Made by a program: the position numbers and the translations under genes. A stretch of DNA of 64,000 nt from Candidatus Kapaibacterium sp. (GTDB taxonomy: Bacteria; Bacteroidota; Ignavibacteria; Kapaibacteriales; UBA2268), in assembly GCA_963664875.1 (NCBI GenBank), contig OY761611.1:3264001-3328000 (forward strand), given 5' to 3'. The notes under the pieces were generated by a model. It worked only from the letters and a program-made list of their open reading frames with translations. It made no database searches and had not been told where the DNA came from. Shown piece after piece: positions 58,633 through 64,000 of this stretch. How positions within the stretch are numbered: the stretch's first letter is position 1; each line of letters starts with the position of its first letter.

Positions 58633-59328
58633 ATGATGAAAACTATATATTTTATACTGATACTTTTTTGTGCATATATTCCCACTCTTTCGCAGCAACC
58701 CGGCGAAACGACGGGAGGTTTTAACAAAGATACTGTTTTTGTATTCAAGTCGCCACGTCCTCTTCTTACTTATGAAGAAAAAAATGCTACTATTAACGAC
58801 GGTACCGGTATCAAACTTGTTTTAAATGAGAGCGGATTCGGATTTGGTATGTTTCACCAGAGACAGATTAACGATGATTTTGCATGGTTCATAGAGACGT
58901 ACTTTTCTTCTGCAAGAAATGCTGATGAATTTGAATATTATAATTTTGAAGAACAGGAATACAGAGTGCCAAATAAAGTTAACCGTGTTTACAAAATGCC
59001 ACTGATGGTAGGTATCCAGTACTTTGTATTTAAAGATTTTCTACATAAAAATTTCCGCCCGATGGTCAATGCTGGATTTGGACCTACTTTTATTGCTTCT
59101 ACTCCTTATAACAAAGGCTGGTTCGAAGCCTGGGACAGTGCTAAGTATTTTGGCAGATTCGGCGGATTCGTAGGCATAGGTGCTAATTTTGGGTCTAATA
59201 TGGGTATGTCAAGCATAAATGTAAGATACTACTATGTGCCTGCAGGAGAGTCCGAAATTGAAAGTCTAAGAGATTTCCCTATTGATAATTTTGGTGGCTT
59301 GACCATTTCTCTAAATATTGGCTTCTAA
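58633..59328 (+). CDS. Outer membrane beta-barrel protein
   Basis: Signal peptide, amphipathic strands, C-terminal LNIGF. Confidence 0.72.
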   Translation: MMKTIYFILILFCAYIPTLSQQPGETTGGFNKDTVFVFKSPRPLLTYEEKNATINDGTGIKLVLNESGFGFGMFHQRQINDDFAWFIETYFSSARNADEFEYYNFEEQEYRVPNKVNRVYKMPLMVGIQYFVFKDFLHKNFRPMVNAGFGPTFIASTPYNKGWFEAWDSAKYFGRFGGFVGIGANFGSNMGMSSINVRYYYVPAGESEIESLRDFPIDNFGGLTISLNIGF

Positions 59329-59961
59329 ATTATCTGAAAAATCGATAGTGTTACTCCGGAAAATGGCTATTCAATCAGCTTTTCTGGGAGAATATGCTAA
59401 TAAATTTCCAGAAGCGGCTTACTGTCAATATGCAGTTGGCTACCTAAAACAGTGGTAGCTACAAACATTCTTAACCATCGCGATTGATTATTGCATTTAG
59501 AATATACCAATAACAATCTATTGATTAGTATCAAAATTACGAATCCCATTTCTATTACGATATAACATGTCTATCTAAAATGCAAAGTTGGGTTGTGTTT
59601 GTGGATTTCAAATGGCAATTATATAGAAAATATCAAATATTCCAATTCTGAGTCTGTATTATGATAAATATTTTATCTTTTTTTAGCATAAACTTACCCG
59701 AGACTCAACTCTGAAGAAGATTTAAAACTAAAAACAGCATTTAGGGGCACATCATTCAATATCATAATTTATTTGATTTTAAGATACTTATAGATATATT
59801 CCCTAATTTATACTATATTTCCGATTAGTCAATTAGATATGGAAATTTCAAAAAAATTTTGTTAATTTGAGAATGGGAATTACACGCTTTTCCGAAAAGA
59901 TAAAATATCGATCTCAATATACAACATTTTATACATTTTTTTATGTTTAGGAGTTCCTTGT

Positions 59962-62900
59962 ATGAGTCAGAAAGTTTATGCAACTATTGATGGAAACGAG
60001 GCAGCTGCTTATACGATGTACCGTGTGAACGAGGTATGTGGTATCTACCCGATTACACCATCATCTAATATGGGCGAATGGGCTGATGAATGGGCTGCAA
60101 AAGGTATTAAAAATATTTGGGGCAATGTGCCTGTAGTTTGCGAAATGCAAAGTGAAGGTGGTGCAGCCGGTGCTGTTCACGGTTCTTTGCAGGCAGGTGC
60201 TTTGACTACAACTTTTACAGCATCTCAAGGTTTGCTGCTCAAAATACCTAATATGTACAAAATTGCAGGCGAATTGACACCGACTGTGTTCAACATCACT
60301 GCTCGCTCTTTGGCTACTCATGCGCTCTCTATCTTTGGAGACCATAGTGACATTATGGCGGCAAGAGCTACAGGCTTTGCTTTCCTTGCTTCCAACTCTG
60401 TTCAGGAAGTTATGGACATGGCTCTTATCGCTCAGGCATCTACTCTTGAATCTCGTATTCCTTTCCTTCATTTCTTCGATGGCTTCCGTACTTCTCACGA
60501 AGTTGCGAAAATCGAGCTTTTGCAAGAGAATGTAATGAAAGAAATGATAAATGACGACTTGGTAGCAGCTCACAGAGAAAGATCTCTTTCTCCTGACCAT
60601 CCGGTAATCCGCGGTACTGCTCAAAATCCTGACGTTTTCTTCCAAAACAGAGAAACTGTCAACAAGTTCTATGAAGCTTGCCCTGATATTATCCAAAAAC
60701 AAATGGATAAATTTGCCTCTCTAACCGGCCGTCAGTACAAATTGATGGAATACCATGGCTCTCACACTGCCGAAAGAGTCATCGTCATAATGGGTTCTGC
60801 TGAGCAGACTGTTCGTGAAACCATCGACTATTTGTCTGCAAAAGGCGAAAATATCGGCTTAGTAAACGTAAGAGTTTACCGTCCGTTTGACATCAAACGC
60901 TTTATGGAAGTTCTTCCTACTACTGTTAAAAAAATTGCAGTTATGGATAGAACTAAAGAGCCGGGTGCAGTTGGGGAACCATTATATAACGATGTGCTAA
61001 ATGCAATCTTTGAAGGTATTAATAGTGGTTATGGCAAATTAACTAGCTTCCCTAAAGTGGTTGGTGGCCGTTACGGTCTTTCTTCTAAAGAGTTTACTCC
61101 TGCTATGGTAAAAGCTATATATGATAACTTAAGCCTTGAAACTCCTAAAAACCACTTCACAGTAGGTATCAAAGATGATGTTTCTAATACTTCTTTAGAT
61201 TACGATAAAACTTTTGATATCGAAAAAGATAATGTTATCCGTGCCTTATTCTTTGGTTTGGGTTCTGACGGTACAGTAGGTGCTAATAAAAACTCTATCA
61301 AAATCATTGGTGAAAACACCAATAACTACGCTCAGGGTTACTTCGTATATGACTCTAAAAAAGCAGGCTCTTTGACTACGTCTCACTTGAGATTTGGTCC
61401 TGAAATTATACGTTCAGAGTATTTGGTTAATTCTGCTAACTTCATAGCATGCCACCAAACTGTATTCCTTGAAAAATACAATATGCTTGAAAGCATCGTA
61501 GAAGGCGGTACTTTCTTGATTAACATCCCGGGTGAAGCATCTGAAGTATGGAACAAACTTCCAAAAACTACTCAGCAGATTATCATCGACAAAAAATTGA
61601 AATTATATGCTATAGATGCCCAGACTGTAGCTGAAAACTCAGGTATGGGGCGCAGAATCAATACTGTGATGCAGGTATGTTTCTTCGCTATCTCAGGCGT
61701 ATTGAAACGTGACGAAGCTATATCGGCTATCAAAGATTCTATCAAGAAAACTTACGGCAAAAAAGGCGATGAAATCGTTAACATGAACCTTAAAGCCGTT
61801 GACAATACATTGGAACACTTACACGAAATCAAACCTACTGAAACAGTTACTTCTACTTTTGATATTTCAAATGATGTATCTGACAAAGCTCCTGATTTTG
61901 TGAAAAATACTTTGGCTCCAATCATCGCAGGCAAAGGCGACGACATCCCTGTAAGTGCTTTCCCTAAAGATGGTACTTTCCCAACTGGAACTTCTCAGTG
62001 GGAAAAACGCTCAATCGCTTTGGAAATTCCTGTATGGGACGAATCAATCTGTATCCAGTGCGGTAAATGTTCTATGGTTTGCCCTCACGCTGCTATTCGT
62101 ATCAAAGCTTATGATTCAGCAATTTTGGCAAACGCACCTGAAACATTCAAATCAGTTGATTCGAGCGACAAATCTTTTGCAGGCATGAAATATACTGTTC
62201 AGGTTGCTCCTGAAGATTGTACAGGTTGCGGTGTTTGCGTTGAAGTTTGCCCGGCTAAAAACAAATCTAATACAGCTCTTAAAGCGTTGAATTTAGCTCC
62301 TCAGCCTCCACTTCGTAAAGCTGAAGCTGCTAACTGGGACTTCTTCTTAAATATTCCGGATCCTGACAGAACTACTCTTAAAGTAGATGCAATCCGCCAG
62401 CAACAAATGCAAAGACCATTATTCGAATTTAGTGGTGCTTGTGCCGGTTGCGGTGAAACTCCTTATGTTAAATTGATTTCTCAGTTGTTTGGCGATAGAG
62501 CTATAGTTGCTAACGCTACAGGTTGCTCTTCAATCTATGGTGGTAACTTGCCAACTACTCCTTGGACATTCGACGATAACGGTCGTGGTCCTGCTTGGTC
62601 TAACTCACTATTCGAAGATAACGCTGAATTTGGTCTTGGTTTCCGCCTTGCTATTGACAAACAAGACAGCATGGCTCGCGAACTTCTTGTTACTTTAGCA
62701 AGTGAAGTTGGTCAGGACTTAGTAGATGCTATCTTGAATGCAGACCAAAAAGATGAAAAAGGCATAGCAGAACAAAGAGCAAGAGTAGCTACTCTTAAAG
62801 ATAAATTAGCAGGAAACAGCAAATACGAAGCTAAACGCCTTCTTACTGTTGTTGATTACTTAGTTAAAAAATCAGTTTGGATCGTTGGTGGTGACGGTTG

Positions 62901-63513
62901 GGCTTATGATATTGGTTATGGTGGTCTTGACCACGTAATTGCATCAGGCAAAAACGTAAATATCCTCGTTATGGATACTGAAGTATATTCAAACACAGGT
63001 GGTCAGACTTCAAAAGCGACTCCACTTAGTGCTATTGCTAAATTCTCTGCCGGCGGTAAACCAACTCGCAAAAAAGATCTTGGTATGATGGCTATGAGCT
63101 ATGGTACAGTTTATGTAGGTGCAGTAGCACTTGGTGCTAACGACACACATACACTTAAAACATTCTTAGAAGCTGAAGCTTACGACGGACCTTCTATTAT
63201 CTTGGCATACTCTCACTGTATTGCACACGGTATCGATATGTCTTCTCCATTGAAACATCAAAAAGCTGTTGTTGACTCAGGTCAATGGTTGCTTTACAGA
63301 TACAATCCGGATTTGGCATTAGAAGGCAAAAATCCATTCAAATTAGATTCTAAACCTCCTAAAATGGACGTTAAAGACTTTATGAACATGGAAAACCGTT
63401 TCAGAATGCTTACTAAAGCTCAACCTGAAGTTGCAGCTAAATACTATGAAATGGCACAGCAAAACGTAAAAGAAAGATACGAAATGTACAAATACCTTTC
63501 TGAGAAAGAATAA
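59962..63513 (+). CDS. nifJ: Pyruvate:ferredoxin/flavodoxin oxidoreductase
   Basis: YPITPS, MQSEGGAAG, two 4Fe-4S motifs, FSGACAGCGE and GGDGW. Confidence 0.98.
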   Translation: MSQKVYATIDGNEAAAYTMYRVNEVCGIYPITPSSNMGEWADEWAAKGIKNIWGNVPVVCEMQSEGGAAGAVHGSLQAGALTTTFTASQGLLLKIPNMYKIAGELTPTVFNITARSLATHALSIFGDHSDIMAARATGFAFLASNSVQEVMDMALIAQASTLESRIPFLHFFDGFRTSHEVAKIELLQENVMKEMINDDLVAAHRERSLSPDHPVIRGTAQNPDVFFQNRETVNKFYEACPDIIQKQMDKFASLTGRQYKLMEYHGSHTAERVIVIMGSAEQTVRETIDYLSAKGENIGLVNVRVYRPFDIKRFMEVLPTTVKKIAVMDRTKEPGAVGEPLYNDVLNAIFEGINSGYGKLTSFPKVVGGRYGLSSKEFTPAMVKAIYDNLSLETPKNHFTVGIKDDVSNTSLDYDKTFDIEKDNVIRALFFGLGSDGTVGANKNSIKIIGENTNNYAQGYFVYDSKKAGSLTTSHLRFGPEIIRSEYLVNSANFIACHQTVFLEKYNMLESIVEGGTFLINIPGEASEVWNKLPKTTQQIIIDKKLKLYAIDAQTVAENSGMGRRINTVMQVCFFAISGVLKRDEAISAIKDSIKKTYGKKGDEIVNMNLKAVDNTLEHLHEIKPTETVTSTFDISNDVSDKAPDFVKNTLAPIIAGKGDDIPVSAFPKDGTFPTGTSQWEKRSIALEIPVWDESICIQCGKCSMVCPHAAIRIKAYDSAILANAPETFKSVDSSDKSFAGMKYTVQVAPEDCTGCGVCVEVCPAKNKSNTALKALNLAPQPPLRKAEAANWDFFLNIPDPDRTTLKVDAIRQQQMQRPLFEFSGACAGCGETPYVKLISQLFGDRAIVANATGCSSIYGGNLPTTPWTFDDNGRGPAWSNSLFEDNAEFGLGFRLAIDKQDSMARELLVTLASEVGQDLVDAILNADQKDEKGIAEQRARVATLKDKLAGNSKYEAKRLLTVVDYLVKKSVWIVGGDGWAYDIGYGGLDHVIASGKNVNILVMDTEVYSNTGGQTSKATPLSAIAKFSAGGKPTRKKDLGMMAMSYGTVYVGAVALGANDTHTLKTFLEAEAYDGPSIILAYSHCIAHGIDMSSPLKHQKAVVDSGQWLLYRYNPDLALEGKNPFKLDSKPPKMDVKDFMNMENRFRMLTKAQPEVAAKYYEMAQQNVKERYEMYKYLSEKE

Positions 63514-63546
63514 GTATTTTACTTTTCTGAATTACGTCAATTAGAT

Positions 63547-63587
63547 AACAAGCGGGCGATGCAATTATGCATTGCCCGTTTTGTTAG
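63547..63587 (+). terminator. Terminator hairpin after nifJ
   Basis: aacaagcgggcgatgca...tgcattgcccgttttgtt. Confidence 0.8.
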
Positions 63588-63638
63588 TAATCTATCTCGA
63601 AGCTAATTCCGGAGCGCTTGATGTTAACACTTGTTTTG

Positions 63639-63905
63639 TCATTGGGCCGATTTGCAAGGGTTTTTGTCAAGGGACTGAAGCCCCTTGTTCAGTGAGTCTG
63701 TGTCTTGAACAATGGGCTTTAGCCCCTTGCCAGAATGCACATTGCTTTGCTTGAATATCTTTCCCAGCTCCTTCAAAAACTCGCCACTGCTCAGCGTATG
63801 CCAGTCCTGAATTTTTTTGCTGAACTTCTCAATGCCGAACTTAGTAGCCAAAAACTTCAAAAAGAAATCCTTAACTTCCTGCAACTTCTTATTCTTTTCG
63901 AGCAT
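63639..63905 (-). pseudogene. Orphan fragment resembling the C-terminal helical region of a Type IIG restriction-modification enzyme
   Basis: MLEKNKKLQE..DFFLKFL..KF.IEKFSKKIQDW..L...EFLKEL pattern recognised from memory. The similarity ends at a palindrome pair. Confidence 0.5.
63668..63729. repeat. Inverted pair of REP-like palindromes (REPIN-like)
   Basis: caagggactgaagccccttgttca ... tgaacaatgggctttagccccttg. Confidence 0.75.
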
Positions 63906-64000
63906 TATACATTATTCTCTATAATATCTATCTGCTTTGACTTTAAACCATAGATATCGTAAATAGTTGTATTTATTTCTTGTTCAAGTTGTTCAATATT
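63905..64000 (-). CDS. 3' end of a probable Type IIG/Eco57I-like RM protein (continues beyond window)
   Basis: NIEQLEQEINTTIYDIYGLKSKQIDIIENNV* matches the typical EID..VY.LYGL...EI.IIE terminus. Confidence 0.65.
   Translation of the reverse strand, partial: NIEQLEQEINTTIYDIYGLKSKQIDIIENNV

Noticed and set aside
59663-59677. GATAAA-N3-TTTATC dyad upstream of nifJ as a Fur-like box
   Set aside because: Spacing differs from the Fur 7-1-7 consensus, it is ~285 bp from the ATG, and such dyads arise easily in AT-rich DNA.
60061-60702. 213-aa ORF antisense to nifJ
   Set aside because: Expected from codon bias in the sense gene; no recognisable motifs.

Overview
AT-rich bacterial chromosomal segment of an FCB-group organism. 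T9SS C-terminal sorting domains and TAnnTTTG promoters point to Bacteroidota sensu lato; Kapabacteria/Ignavibacteria-like is my inference. Housekeeping genes (rnhA, murE, pyrF, truA, sdaA, der, sixA, rnpB, Nif3, nifJ), an RND efflux operon and two-component genes are interspersed with accessory surface-protein loci. No CRISPR, tRNA, rRNA, transposase or reverse transcriptase was found. Most notable: (1) three intergenic elements with the same ~17-bp terminal inverted repeat but different REP-like palindrome cargo; (2) three diverged secreted-protein paralogs whose ends share near-identical 50-71-bp DNA boxes; (3) a ~1.585-kb tandem triplication of a T9SS cargo gene with patch-clustered variation; (4) a 5.5-kb T9SS surface-protein gene whose 3' two-thirds strongly avoid U-ending codons; (5) apparent pseudo-enzymes (synthetase-dead RelA/SpoT, Zn-less M1 peptidase, ATPase-degenerate kinase); (6) an orphan restriction-modification-like C-terminal fragment with an in-frame palindrome pair. 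All counts are hand counts and all family assignments come from motif recognition, not database searches.
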